DNA of 60,179 nucleotides, counting the filler, from Nemertoderma westbladi (lineage: Eukaryota > Animalia > Xenacoelomorpha): the NCBI GenBank assembly GCA_032718475.1. It is 3 parts of 3 records of this genome, joined end to end, with 100 filler letters (N's around TTAATTAATTAA, not from the genome) between each part and the next. Parts side by side here need not be neighbours in the genome. Positions count along the whole stretch, not along the records: positions 1 to 25,232 come from JAUCBJ010000978.1; 2 more parts are not named here. One strand, written 5' to 3'. A program made the position numbers and the translations under genes. A model generated the notes under the pieces. The model was not told where the DNA came from and did not search any database. It saw only the letters and a program-made list of their open reading frames with translations. Shown here piece after piece: positions 12,619-25,232 of the stretch; the first letter of the stretch is position 1; the number at the start of each line of letters is the position of its first letter.

Positions 12619-13556
12619 TATGTTCTACGCATGTCCTTAGATCATCATAATGATGATGGGGTGATGATAACTCCACTTACTGGCTCCAGAAGTCGAGGAA
12701 ATCCTGCCAAGTACCTAACTGATCTAGACTTTGCTGATGACTTAGGAGTACTCTCAGAATCATTAGAGGGAGCCCAGCGGCTCCTCAGCTCATTAGAACA
12801 TGCTGCTTCTAGTGTTGGTCTTTTTATTAACTCCAGAAAGACCAAAATTCTGACAGTTAACTTTGAAAGTCCTCAGCAAGTCTCTGATCGGATGAGCATA
12901 AGCTCAAAGGATGGTATGCTTGAGCATGTAGACGACTTCTGTTACCTGGGATCATGGATCCGGAAGTCAGGGGAGGACCTTCGAATACGTAAGGGAAAGG
13001 CATGGGCAGCCTTGAATAGGCTTTCCAGGATTTGGAAGTCACCTAGAATTAATCGGAAACTTAAGGTCCGATTATTTAAAGCAGCAGTAGTTCCAGTACT
13101 CCTCTACGGGAGTCAATGCTGGGCTCTAACTGCTGAGGACACCAAATCTCTGGATGGCACATTCACAAGAATGCTACGCCGGGTACATTGTGTCAAGTAC
13201 AATGCACACATCTCCAACCAGACACTATATAACATTGGAGGTGTCTCATTGGTTCCCCCAAGCTTGACACTAGAACAAAATCGCCTCCGCTTTGCAGGAC
13301 ATTGCTTTCGCCGTGAGGACCAGCCAGTGCATAATCTTGTACTTTGGCAGCCTCATGGAGTGAATAAGCATGGTGGACAGCCCATGACTTTCTTGAGACG
13401 CATCTTAAAGGACACTGGCCTTAAAGATGCGGATGATCTAGCAAATGTCATGGGTGATAGGGAGTTGTGGCGGTGCAATTTTGTTGACAAGCCGGCACAG
13501 CATTCTTAAAAATGCAGCTGCAATGCAGCATGCCGATCCTAGTAGTAGTAGTAGTA
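12619..13556 (+). mobile_element. 5'-truncated RTE-clade LINE (RT C-terminal ORF 12631-13509) with (TAG)n tail and 11-bp TSD
   Basis: Motifs LDFADD, VGLFINSRKTK, FCYLGS, LLYGSQCW and RLRFAGH. Tail is tagtagtag. TSD GTATTGGTGAC at 12608-12618 and 13557-13567. Confidence 0.9.
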
Positions 13557-13579
13557 GTATTGGTGACAGAAATTAAATG

Positions 13580-13998
13580 TAGTACTTAAAATATCGTTAT
13601 TGGATTTAGATACTCTTCTCTCGAGACTACCCAGAGACGCATGATGAATGTGTACGAACATGGTAGGTTGAGCCGACCAAATGTCAATGACATGCTCGTC
13701 GGTTCATCATTAGTCATTCTAGGGACATTAAATAATAAACGAACAGCATTGTTATATGCAACCGATAGCTTATTAAACACTGCACCAGTATAATTACGCC
13801 GTGCCCACAATGCATTACAATACACTGGTGTTATGTAAGCTTTAACTAAGCACTTTTTAACATTATCTGAGCATCTTCCAAATTTTCTAACGAGCATATT
13901 CGCCCTAGCGTATATCGAGCACGTCTGTGATTTAATATCAAAGTCATCATCCGTACTACAATGCAACCAGTGTCCTAGGTACTTGAATTTTTCTACTA
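13580..13998 (-). pseudogene. 3' part of a non-LTR (L2/CR1-group-like) RT fragment split by the 13999-18776 insertion
   Basis: Reads IVEKFKYLGHWLHC...YARANMLVRKF...YCNALW; joins in frame to NRPID at 18777. Confidence 0.8.
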
Positions 13999-16900
13999 TG
14001 TGGGGCGAGCCACGAAGTGAGTGAGCCTTAGCGTAGTGGTACCATTAATCAACCTGTGGGGCGAGCCACGAAGTGAGTGAGCCTTAGCGTAGTGGTACCA
14101 TTAATCAACCTGTGGGGCGAGCCACGAAGTGAGTGAGCCTTAGCGTAGTGGTACCATTAATCAACCTGTCGTTCTGTCGTTCTGTCGTTCTGTCGTTCTG
14201 TCGCGTCCAATTTTAAACGTTAATAACTCAGCCAATCTTTGATGAAATCTATCCAAACTTGGTACACATGTTGTTTGGCAAAAGTTTAGAAATTTTCCAA
14301 GTAGAATTTCCGTGTGGCCTTCGAGAAGCTAAGATAATAGCAGTTAATTAGTTAATTAAGTTGATTACGGTAAAAACACCATTTTCAACCTGCCTGTTAA
14401 AGGAAATTAATTGTTTTACAGTATACGATTTAAATAATTATACTTAAAAATTATACAGATGTAATCCACATACGCCATTCTATTATAGTTTTTAATTAGT
14501 TCAAGTGATTTGCTTTATTAATTGTGTCTTAATTGATCTAAAGTAATTAAAACGTCATAAAAAATTGATTCTCATTAAATACTGCTCATTTATTGGCTAA
14601 CATGCTGGTACGATGGAAGGATGTGTGTGTAAGGCAGCTAGTGCTGGGAATGATTATTGGTCAAGTCTCTGCTGGTGTGGAGCTAGCTGGGAGTTGTGGC
14701 TGTAGACTAACCAGAGAGAAATTGTAATAGGCAACCAGTATTGCTATTCCAGCCCAGGCAGCATTCCAACATCCCAACATCCTTCCTGTATTGACTCTAC
14801 TATAAGTGTTGTATTGCTATCTCAGGTAAATGACAGATATAATAACATAAATACCATCCATGGCATGGCTGTTGTGTAGGCTTATCTGAAATAGTTTATT
14901 CCACAATGTATATGTCTGGTTATTTTTTAATTGAATATTTGCAAAGTAGTAAAATTAATGTTCTTAAAAATAATATTATTATTTTATATGTAACCTAGGA
15001 AATTAGCTACATTTTTTCGCTGCAGCTTTAAGAGTGTACATTGATTTAATATTATTTCAATACCCATATTACTACATCGGCATAAGATGCGTTGGCGTTG
15101 TATCACACATCTCCACATATCACACATCTCCACATAGATGTATCAACAGTTACTCGCACAGTTTCGAAACTTCGCATAGTTATAACTGTATAAAGATCGT
15201 CAGTCTGCGTTTAGGAAAAATATTTTATGACAAAACAGGACAAGCGACGAGCGCAACGAGGCATATAATGAAGACGAGTACTGCGTTGACTAAATTGTTA
15301 TATAAACCACCTGGCTTCACATATTGATCGCATCCCTAGTTATTATTATTATAAAGATCGTCCTAGCCTGCGTTTAAGAAATATATTTAAATACAAAACA
15401 GGACGAACGCAAAGAGGCTTATAATGAAAACGAGTACTGCGTTTATTATATTCCTATAAACCACCTGGCTTTGCATATTTAACGTGCGATTGGAAATAAG
15501 TTCGTGCTACCCTTCCGTGGGTGGTAGATGTCGCGGTTATGTATTGGTGGGTGGGGGGAGGGGGGGGGGGGGGGTGTGCAGATTAAAAGGGGTGAACACG
15601 TACTGTCCCCCTTTCTTTGATTAATTGGTGGTGTGGGTTAATATCTCATAACCTGATTTTGTGATACAGTCGCACAATTTTAATTTGTATCTCATAAATG
15701 GGCCTCGTGCTGCGCGAAGGCCCCACGAACGTGTCGTTCTGTCGTTCTGTCGCGTTCAATTTTAAACGTTAATAACTCGGCCAATCTTTGATGAAATCTA
15801 TCCAAACTTGGTACACATGTTGATTGGCAAAAGTTTAGAAATTTTCCAAGTAGAATTTCCGTGTGGCCTTCGAGAAGCTAAGATAATAGCAGTTAATTAG
15901 TTAATTAAGTTGATTACTGTAAAAACACCATTTTCAACCTGCCTTTTAAAGGAAATTAATTGTTTTACAGTATAAGATTTAAATAATTATACTTAAAAAT
16001 TATACAGATGTAATCCACATACGCCATTCTATTATAGTTTTTAATTAGTTCAAGTGATTTGCTTTAATAATTGTGTCTTTAATTGATCTAAAGTAATTAA
16101 AACGGCGTAAAAAATTGATTCTCATTAAATACTGCTCATTTATTGGCCAACATGCTGGTACATAGATGGAAGGATGTGTCTTAAGCCAGCCAGTTGCTGG
16201 GAATGATTATTGGTCAAGTCTCTGCTGGTGTGGAGCTAGCTGGGAGTTGTGGCTGTAGACTAACCAGAGGAATTGTAATAGGCAACCAGCAATGCTATTC
16301 CAGCCCAGACAGCATTCTTTAAATACAACATCCCAACATTGACTCTACTATAAGTGTTGTATTGCTATCTCAGGTAAATGACAGATATAATAACATAAAT
16401 ACTGTTGTAGGCTTCTGAAATAGTTTATTCCACAATGTATATGTCTGGTTATTTTTTAATTGAATTTTTGCAAAGTAGTAAAATTAATGTTCTTAAAAAT
16501 AATATTATTATTTTATATGTAACCTAGGAAATTAGCTACATTTTTTCGCTGCAGCTTTAAGAGTGTACATTGATTTAATATTATTTCAATACCCATATTA
16601 CTACATCGGCATAAGATGCGTTGGCGTTGTATCACACATCTCCACATATCACACATCTCCACATAGATGTATCGCACAGTTTCGAAACTTCGCATAGTTA
16701 TAACTGTATAAAGATCGTCAGTCTGCGTTTAGGAAAAATATTTTATGACAAAACAGGACAAGCGACGAGCGCAACGAGGCATATAATGAAGACGAGTACC
16801 TCGTTGACTAAATTATTATATAAACCACCTGGCTTCACATATTGATCGCATCCCTAGTTATTATTATTATAAATATCGTCAGCCTGCGTTTAAGAAATAT

Positions 16901-18776
16901 ATTTAAATACAAAACAGGACGAACGCAAAGAGGCTTATAATGAAAACGAGTACTGCGTTTATTATATTCCTATAAACCACCTGGCTTTGCATATTTAACG
17001 TGCGATTGGAAATAAGTTCGTGCTACCCTTCCGTGGGTGGTAGATGTCCCGGTTATGTATTGGTGGTTGGGAAGGTTGGGGGGGGGGGGAATTAAAGGGG
17101 GTGAACACGTACTGTCCCCCTTTCTTTGATTGATTGGTGGTGTGGGTAAATTTCTCAAAACCTGATTTTGTGACACAGTCGCTCAATTTTAATTTGTATC
17201 TAATAAGTGGGCCTCGTGCTGCGCGAAGGCCCCACGAACGTGTCGTTCTGTCGTTCTGTCGTTCTGTCGCGTTCAATTTTAAACGTTAATAACTCGGCCA
17301 ATCTTTGATGAAATCTATCCAAACTTGGTACACATGTTGTTTGGCAAAAGTTTAGAAATTTTCCAAGTAGAATTTCAGTGTGGCCTTCGAGAAGCTAAGA
17401 TAATAGCAGTTAATTAGTTAATTAAGTTATTACGGTAAAAACACCATTTTCAACCTGCCTTTTAAAGGAAATTAATTGTTTTACAGTATAAGATTTAAAT
17501 AATTATAATTAAAAATTATACAGATGTAATCCCCAGACGCCATTCTATTATAGTTTTTAATTAGTTCAAGTGATTTGCTTTAATAATTGTGTCTTTAATT
17601 GATCTAAAGTAATTAAAACGGCAAAAAAAATTTATTCTCATTAAATACTGCTCATTTATTGGCCAACATGCTGGTACATAGATGGGATGTGTGTGTCATT
17701 CCCAGTTGCTGGGAATGATTATTTGTCAAGTCTCTGCTGGTGTGGAGCTAGCTGGCTTGGAGTTGTGGCTGTAGACTAACCAGAGAGGAATTGTACTGTA
17801 ATAGGCAACCAGTATTGCTATTCCAGCCCAGACAGCATTCTTTAAATTCACTATAAATGTTGTATTGCTATCTCAGGTGAATGACAGATATCATAACATA
17901 AATACTATCCATGGCATGGCTGTTGTGTAGGCTTCTGAAATAGTTTATTCCACAATGTATATGTCTGGTTATTTTTTAATTGAATTTTTGCAAAGTAGTA
18001 AAATTAATGTTCTTAAAAATAATATTATTATTTTATATGTAACCTAGGAAATTAGCTACATTTTTTCGCTGCAGCTTTAAGAGTGTACATTAATTTAATA
18101 TTATTTCAATACCCATATTACTACATCGGCATAAGATGCGTTGGCGTTGTATCACACATCTCCACATATCACACATATCCACATAGATGTATCAACAGTT
18201 ACTCGCACAGTTTCGAAACTTCGCATAGTTATAACTGTATAAAGATCGTCAGTCTGCGTTTAGGAAAAATATTTTATAACAAAACAGGACAAGCGACGAG
18301 CGCAACGAGGCATATAATGAAGACGAGTACTGCGTTGACTAAATTATTATATAAACCACCTGGCTTCACATATTGATCGCATCCCTAGTTATTATTATTA
18401 TAAAGAACGTCCTAGCCTGCGTTTAAGAAATATATTTAAATACAAAACAGGACGAACGCAACGAGGCTTATAATGAATACGAGTACTGCGTTTATTATAT
18501 TCCTATAAACCACCTGGCTTTGCATATTGAACGTGCGATTGGAAATAAGTTCGTGCTACCCTTCCGTGGGTGGTAGATGTCGCGGTTATGTATTGGTGGT
18601 TGGGAAGGGTGGGGGGGGGGGTGGGATTAAAAGGGGTGAACACGTACTGTCCCCCTTTCTTTGATTGATTGGTGGTGTGGGTAAATTTCTCAAAACCTGA
18701 TTTTGTGATACAGTCGCTCAATTTTAATTTGTATCTCATAACTGGGCCTCGTGCTGCGCGAAGGCCCCACGAACGT
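13999..18776 (+). mobile_element. Helentron/HINE-like modular tandem array: 3 x 56-bp head plus 3 x ~1.5-kb body
   Basis: 56-bp unit gtggggcgagcc...aatcaacct occurs x3. Bodies at ~14168-15732, 15733-17241 and 17242-18776 each start with a (GTCGTTCT)n microsatellite and end in the hairpin gggcct-cgtgctgcgcga-aggccc. Sub-TIR GTGGGGC/GCCCCAC; no obvious TSD. Confidence 0.75.
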
Positions 18777-19560
18777 GTCGATTGGTCTGTTATATAGATA
18801 GACCCTACCTACTTCCAAACCTTTGCAACATTGAGGCACATAATATAAACATTTAGTCTTTACTGTATTAAACAAAATTGAATTAGCATTTGCAAAAGAT
18901 ACTGCCTTATTAATTAGTATTTGCAGGCCAATCATTGAGTTTGACAATAAGCACAAATCATCTGCGTACATGATATGGTTTATACGTAAACCTCATAAAC
19001 AACAACCTACACCCGTGTCAGTGAGTTGTTTACTTAAACCGTCAACGTATACAATAAATAATGTCGGGCTTAATAAACCACCCTGGCGGGTACCGTTAGA
19101 TACCGTAAACGTTGAGGATTTATTTCCATCCCAATTGACACACATTTGCTGCGTCCTATACCAAAAAGCTAACAACCGTACAATATATACCGGGAAACCT
19201 AACGCCAATAATTTCTTAAAAAGTTTAAAATGGTTTACTCTATCGAAGGCTTTGGAAGCATCTAACATACACACAAAAACCGGTGTGTCATTGGCAAGAT
19301 AATAGTTGATTAATTCCTTCAATGTATATACACATGTTTCTGTACCTAGTCCCGGTTTAAACCCGAACTGATTACCTCTAGTCGCAATATAATTATGACA
19401 CCTACTAAGTAAAATAATTTCTAGAATTATACTGAGCACCGTTGACAATGCGATACCTCGATAATTGTCCTTAGACGTTACATCACCAGTACGGTCCTTT
19501 AATAAAGGTATAATAATACTTAGCATTAAACTTTCAGGCATGTATCCATGTCCATGTTTG
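18777..19560 (-). pseudogene. 5' part of the split non-LTR RT fragment
   Basis: NYRGIAL, QFGFK, LDASKAFDRV, GTRQGGLLSP, then an in-frame TGA, then YADD; ORFs 18993-19541 and 18690-18971 are in one frame. Confidence 0.85.
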
Positions 19561-20272
19561 TGTAACCTATCGGGTCTCTATGTGTATCCTGCTCCTTTCC
19601 CTCAATCGGGCGAAGGTTGAATTTGGGCGAAGATTGCACCCAACCCTATCCGTCCATTAATATTGGATTATATTGATGCGGAACAACAGGTACAGGCCAT
19701 GTTTCAAAGAAACTCTTAAGAGAAACCCCCGCGATATCCCTGTCCGTTAAAGCAGCCATTGAAGCACGTCATGTCCCATTGTCCGATTATTATTACATTC
19801 GGATATGAGTCCAAGGACTTTGTATACAGTTAACGAATATGAATGTGGGGGGCATACGTATTTCGTATATGGGGTATGTATACTGACTATGTATTCTGAA
19901 TTGCACATCTCGACCTAGCTTTATCGAAATGCTCATACTAACTATTAGTGTCAATGGTAAATAGCCAGCAGGGATGTTTGGAACTATAATATGACACTAC
20001 AAGAGATGATGGGTTATTAAAGGACAACGAAGTCTGGAAGACAGCAACGAACGCGCTCATCTTCTTACTTAGATGTATATGAGAGTAGCATGAGATAAGT
20101 GAACATAATAATAAAAAAAAAATATAAATATAAAAACAAATAAAAACAAACTAAAAAAATAATACAAAATATTAAAACAACATTACAATCATTGCCTAGG
20201 AGTATAAAGTTCATCGGTAAATATTATCCCAAGAGGGAACTGTACTCATCAAACAAATACCAAAGTGCCAAA

Positions 20273-20550
20273 GGTTCCACCTTGGTGTAGTGGTTGCATT
20301 GAATTCACATCTCCTGTAGGTCGTGGGTTCGATCCTCACATGGGCCAGGGCAGTTTTCGTTTCGGCACGAATGCTTTAAAGGGACCAGCCAGGGCGCATC
20401 TCTGCCTTGCATCCTTAAGTGGTAGCTAAATGAGTACTGGAGTTTCCTCTGGGGAGTAAAGTTCTGGGGGGACCGCACTGGAAATAAGTCGTCAGACTTT
20501 GTGCGTAATCCCTGGCCTAGCGGCCGACGAAAATTAACTAACTTAACTTT
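20273..20550 (+). mobile_element. tRNA-derived SINE with Nin/Deu-like central domain
   Basis: Box A TGGTGTAGTGG (20283), box B GGTTCGATCC (20326), core ctctgccttgcatcct...taaatgagtac, and simple-repeat tail taactaacttaactt. Confidence 0.7.
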
Positions 20551-21094
20551 TATTAGTTATCCCCAATTTCGCTGCAAAAATAATTCCACTGTAGAATGAC
20601 AAACCATAACTGGCAAGTTGTTCATCATGAATGTATTGTATGATACAGAAAATCCACAAGAGGTTGCTATCTGATATCCAGTCCCCTTAACACCAATAAT
20701 GTAAACTATTCACCACTACACAACGTTGGTAGAAACGATGATAAAGTTTAATCATTACACAATTAATAATCATGCGGTAAATAAAATAAATGGTGCACAG
20801 AATGCGTTTATTGTGCGAAACTGCACTATATAATATACAATGTAACTGTTTGTGTAACGAACGGGTTAGGGTTACTGTCCTATCACTGATGAAACACCAA
20901 TAATGAAACTAAATATAACTGTATTGAACTAAATGTAAACCTATGTAAACCCCAAACCTATAATAATACTTCAGGATCACTAAAGAACCATCACAACACA
21001 CCAGTTGCAATAATTTATATTTTAAAATTAACTGCTAATTATAATTAAGTTATAGTCTAATTAAGACTAATAGTCTAACTGCTAATACGGTCTC

Positions 21095-22325
21095 CTAGGT
21101 TGGCTCCATGTCCTCCTCCTTATGGATGACAGCGTTATACATATTGTCAACGAGTCGTTTGAAATGTGAGGAGACAAATGGTGGTCCTTTTGAATTTGAA
21201 ATACTGTAGTGACTATGGAATGGAACTAAATACTACGAAAACAAAGTTGATGGCTTTCGGTCTTGAGGCATTTCTTAATAAAGAACCTTTAAACCTACAG
21301 TGTCTTGGATACTCAACGACTCCAGTGACCACAAAAAACACACACAAGTATATTTATCTTGGGTCAGCTTTCACACAGTTAGGTGGTGTCAGTGCTTCCA
21401 TTAAAGCACTGACACTGACTCCCTCAAAACAGTTTCATCCACACTGAACTGAACCGGTGTTTGCTGAGGAAGGAATAATACTTTAAGACATTGATTTGCT
21501 TTTTCCGCAGAGTGTGCTCTGCGGAAAAAGCAAATCAATGTCTTAAAGTATTATTCCTTCCTCAGCAAACACCGGTTCAGTCCAGTGTGGATGAAACTGT
21601 TTTGAGGGCTTGCATTACATCAGCACTGCTTGACTGCTTTACGGTTCGGAGTCGTGGGTAGGTGGAGACATTCGACCAATAGAATCTCAGTATACTGAGG
21701 CACTAGCTGCGGCATTAGGTGTGAGGCCTAAAGTGTGTCGTGATCTGTTATTCATCGAGTCAGGTGTGTCGGATCCACAGAGTGCTATCCGGAAGCGCCA
21801 GAGAGACTTCCAAATCTTTGAGGATAAGAGCCTACACAGGCCATTCTTTTTTTTGTCCTGGATCGCTGTATAGTTGAACGAACTCCAATGGGATTCGCGG
21901 TTGAGAAGTTGCAATTCAGCCAGGGGGATCCCGTCATAAACTCATTCTGCACTATGGAAATAAAATTTCCGACGTTCTACCGCAACCGACTCCACCATAC
22001 GTAAACTCTCCCTTCTGTATAACCCTACACTATCACATCCACCTTAGTGCAAACGGGGTTACAACATTCCAGAACGGAGTAGGATCGCTCTATCCCGATT
22101 TCGACTCGGTATCACTTCCTCGGCAGTGGATCTAGGGAGGTGGAAGAGGATTCCCAAGGAGCGCCGGATTTGCAGGTGTGGGCTTATACAATCGGAGGAG
22201 CATGTGCTTCTGAATTGTGTTTTAGTGACTAGGCCTCCTTCACTCTCGTTTACATCGTAGAATCTCTAATGTATGTAACTAGTAATGAAGAGTTTTTGAC
22301 TCTGTCAAACATAATTTATAGTGTG
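21095..22325 (+). pseudogene. Degenerate LINE 3' fragment (RT end plus C-terminal CCHC finger), Proto2/RTE-X-like
   Basis: LGWLHVLLLMDD, YIYLGS, ACITSALL..YGSESW, SRIALSRFRLG..LGRWKRIPKERRICRCGLIQSEEHVLLNC, with frameshifts. Confidence 0.75.
21421..21608. repeat. Near-perfect palindrome, 92-bp arms with 4-nt loop, formed by inverted duplication of LINE sequence
   Basis: 21421-21512 is the reverse complement of 21517-21608 with 1 mismatch; the right arm continues the LINE coding sequence. Confidence 0.9.
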
Positions 22326-22647
22326 CTTGAAACTCTCGAATAGATGTACAGTACACTCTATAAGTGTAAGCCGTATCTACTATGTATTTATGTAATTGTT
22401 TATGAATCTTTATTAAGTAGAGATTATCGAATACACTATTTATGTAATTGTATTTGTATTTTTTTGTATTATTTTTGTATTTATATACGGTAATTATTTA
22501 TCTATCTGTATCTATTAAAGGTTAAAGTTTGAATTTACTGGTCCTAGTCTGTGCGATTTTGACAATCTATTTTTGTCAATAAATATATATATATAATTAC
22601 AAATAAATACATAAATATGTTAATTAAATAAATTTAGTAATACCAAC

Positions 22648-22806
22648 CTCCAACGACTCGGGAAAATATATATTTGGTAGCCATAATTTTGGCAGCATTT
22701 CATGCGACAGAGTTAGATCGCTGTCGATTCCATTTCCAACTCCGTTACTGAAAGCAAGTCGAGGATCTTTCCAAAACTGTCGTATATTAAAATCCACCCT
22801 AAAATT
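22648..22806 (-). CDS. Exon of a Cys-loop ligand-gated anion channel subunit (GABA-A/glycine/GluCl family)
   Basis: Acceptor ctgcag and donor gttggt bound a 159-nt exon: NFRVDFNIRQFWKDPRLAF...LWLPNIYFPESLE (RQxWxDPRL and WxP motifs). Confidence 0.85.
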
Positions 22807-22902
22807 CTGCAGTAATCATTAAATAATTATTTAATAATTATAAATGATGCGCTTTAAATATTTTTGAAGTAGATACTAATGGTCATTAAGATACAATTAC
22901 GT

Positions 22903-22934
<32 letters not shown>

Positions 22935-23770
22935 CGTGCTGTATGCTGTGTCCTGTTCAAACGGCGGTCCTGTTAAATTAATTATTTTACCCTGGTGATA
23001 AATATTTTTCTCACCATAAGTTTTATCCGAAATAGCCCACACTAACCCACACTTAGGCCTACTATTGTGTCTAAAATTTTATTGTCTTGTGTTTCATCAC
23101 ACAGTTCCAGATCCTACCATTCCAGTATAACCTTGGAAAACCTAGAGACACCAGTCTATTACTACACATGGCCTGGGCCAGTGTAATTGGTGAAATATCA
23201 CAGGATACACCTTTTTCAAACACTTGTAGCTAAAGATTGAAAGCAAAAATAAAAATTCTGGCTCACCCACGAAGGAGGAGGGAGGTGAAACTATCTCTAT
23301 TTCAAATTTCATGCAATCTCATTAAGATTTGTAGAATTTTTTTTTTGTGGGGGGGGGGGGGGGGGGGCAGGTACCTGAATAACGACACTATATTCCAGGA
23401 CATGTAATTTTCAAATTTACATTTTGACATTTTAACATTCCAATTTAAAAACGAATTTTGAGATAATATCAAACACGTTAATTTACAATGTGAGCATAGC
23501 ACTGACACAGCAATCAACAGAAACAAACTGCAGCCAATCCATACTTGCAAGTTGGGCTAGTTTGCATGGAGTCAATCCGGTACTGATGGTAGGCTTATAC
23601 TCTGGCAGTCTGGTATTCCAGTATTCACCATCAGTAACGCAGCTAGTGAAAATGACAGAATGACTACTGGCTGACTGGTGATGGACTGGTGGTGATTAGC
23701 GAGTCAGCCAGTACACCACCCCACCCCAGTTGGCCAGTCCCACTTAATACTCAAATTGAATTTCCCTCCA

Positions 23771-24075
23771 GGCCAGAGATACTATCTCAGGCCCTGAGAT
23801 ACTAATTCCGGCCTGGAGATACAAAGTCCGGCCCGGAGATACTAAGTCCGGCCCGGAGATACTAAGTTCAGCCCGGAGATACTAACTCAGGCCCGGAGAT
23901 ACTAAGTCCTGCCCGGAGAAACTAAGTCCAGCTCGGAGATACTATCTCAGGCCCTGAGATACTAAGTCCGGCTCGGAGATACTATCTCAGGCCCTGAGAT
24001 ACTAAGTCCAGCCCAGAGATACTAAGTCTGGCCCGGAGATACTATCTCAGGCCCTGAGATTCTAAGTCCGGCCCG
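23771..24075. repeat. 20-bp minisatellite, ~15 copies (GCCCGGAGATACTAAGTCCG)
   Basis: 20-bp period directly visible; lies in the intron of the Cys-loop gene. Confidence 0.95.
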
Positions 24076-24796
24076 GTATTGATCTTCCTGGGACATCCTG
24101 CCCCCCGTGTCCCGATAGTGCAGAGCGTAAAATATGAGGTACTTCTATTGAAATCTCATCGCAGTTTACCCGTATCCGGTGTTTTCAATATAAACTAGTT
24201 AGTAACAAGGAAGCGGTGGTAGTAGAAGATTGGAAGAGTAGGTGAAGTACCGGTAAGTCAAAGTGGAAAGGCGGCATACTCACTGCTTTGACGGGTATTG
24301 TGAGCCAGTATTGTCGCATCATAACAATAAGACCGACGATACATGCAACGCACAATAAAGAAATAATATCAACTTGTTGTGCAAATTGTTGATATTATTA
24401 TATCTAATTATTTGATCTAAAGTTGAATGTGAAGAACAAATAAGATATATGTAGTGGCAGCTGTTTTCTTGACCATAAAAAAATAATTTTAATTCAATTT
24501 GGCCGCACTGCCAACATGAATTCGAGATTCGAATACACACTTCCATATTCCTTATTATAATTTAAATATAATAATTATTATAATATAATATAATAATTAT
24601 AACAATTTATATTATCCTGAATAAGGTAGCGCATTATAGGAAGAAGCCAATAGTTTTATAATGTCTAAATGGTAATAAAAATGTGCATTATTTTAAAATT
24701 CATATCTAGAAAAATTATTATCATTATGTATGTAATAAATATGTGTGTATAGTTTGCATAAACAATCTGTAACAATCTGATAAATATGTGACTTAC

Positions 24797-24998
24797 CATG
24801 GCAACTTCAGATATAGGTCCAATTGAGTCAATGAGCAGTGTAATGCCAACCACCACTGGTTTACCTGAACCGAAACCCGGTCTAAGACGAGAATCATACC
24901 CAGTCAGTAGGGCATTTAATATATCAGTGGTCTTCTCAACAATTAATGACTGTGAATCATTATTACTTGAGTGGATCTTGTTATCAATCGTATAATCT
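24797..24998 (-). CDS. N-terminal exon of the same Cys-loop receptor subunit
   Basis: Acceptor ctacag and donor gtaagt; reads ...TTDILNALLTGYDSRLRPGFGSGKPVVVGITLLIDSIGPISEVAM (YDxRLRP motif); phase-0 join to the 22806 exon. Confidence 0.88.
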
Positions 24999-25232
24999 CT
25001 GTAGAATAAAATTTTGATTGTAATTAGTCATATTCTTGTTCCAATTAAAAACCAAAGTATGCGCATCATTATTGTATCATTAATTCGTAATTTCTAATGA
25101 AACTAAAATCTGGTCAAATGGAAGAACAGAAGGGCCTACCTAATATGGCATTTATTTAGTTCTTATACAGCTAAGGCAACCTTTAATGTGCACAGTTTAC
25201 GAATGATTGAACTAATCAATGATTAGAGATTC

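Noticed and set aside
15034-18376. Triplicated 74-97-aa ORFs as a gene family
   Set aside because: Non-ATG starts, indel differences between copies, and location within the non-coding tandem element.
20273-20350. Functional tRNA gene
   Set aside because: A/B boxes are present but there is no convincing cloverleaf, and it continues into a SINE body and tail; the same applies to 25546-25625.
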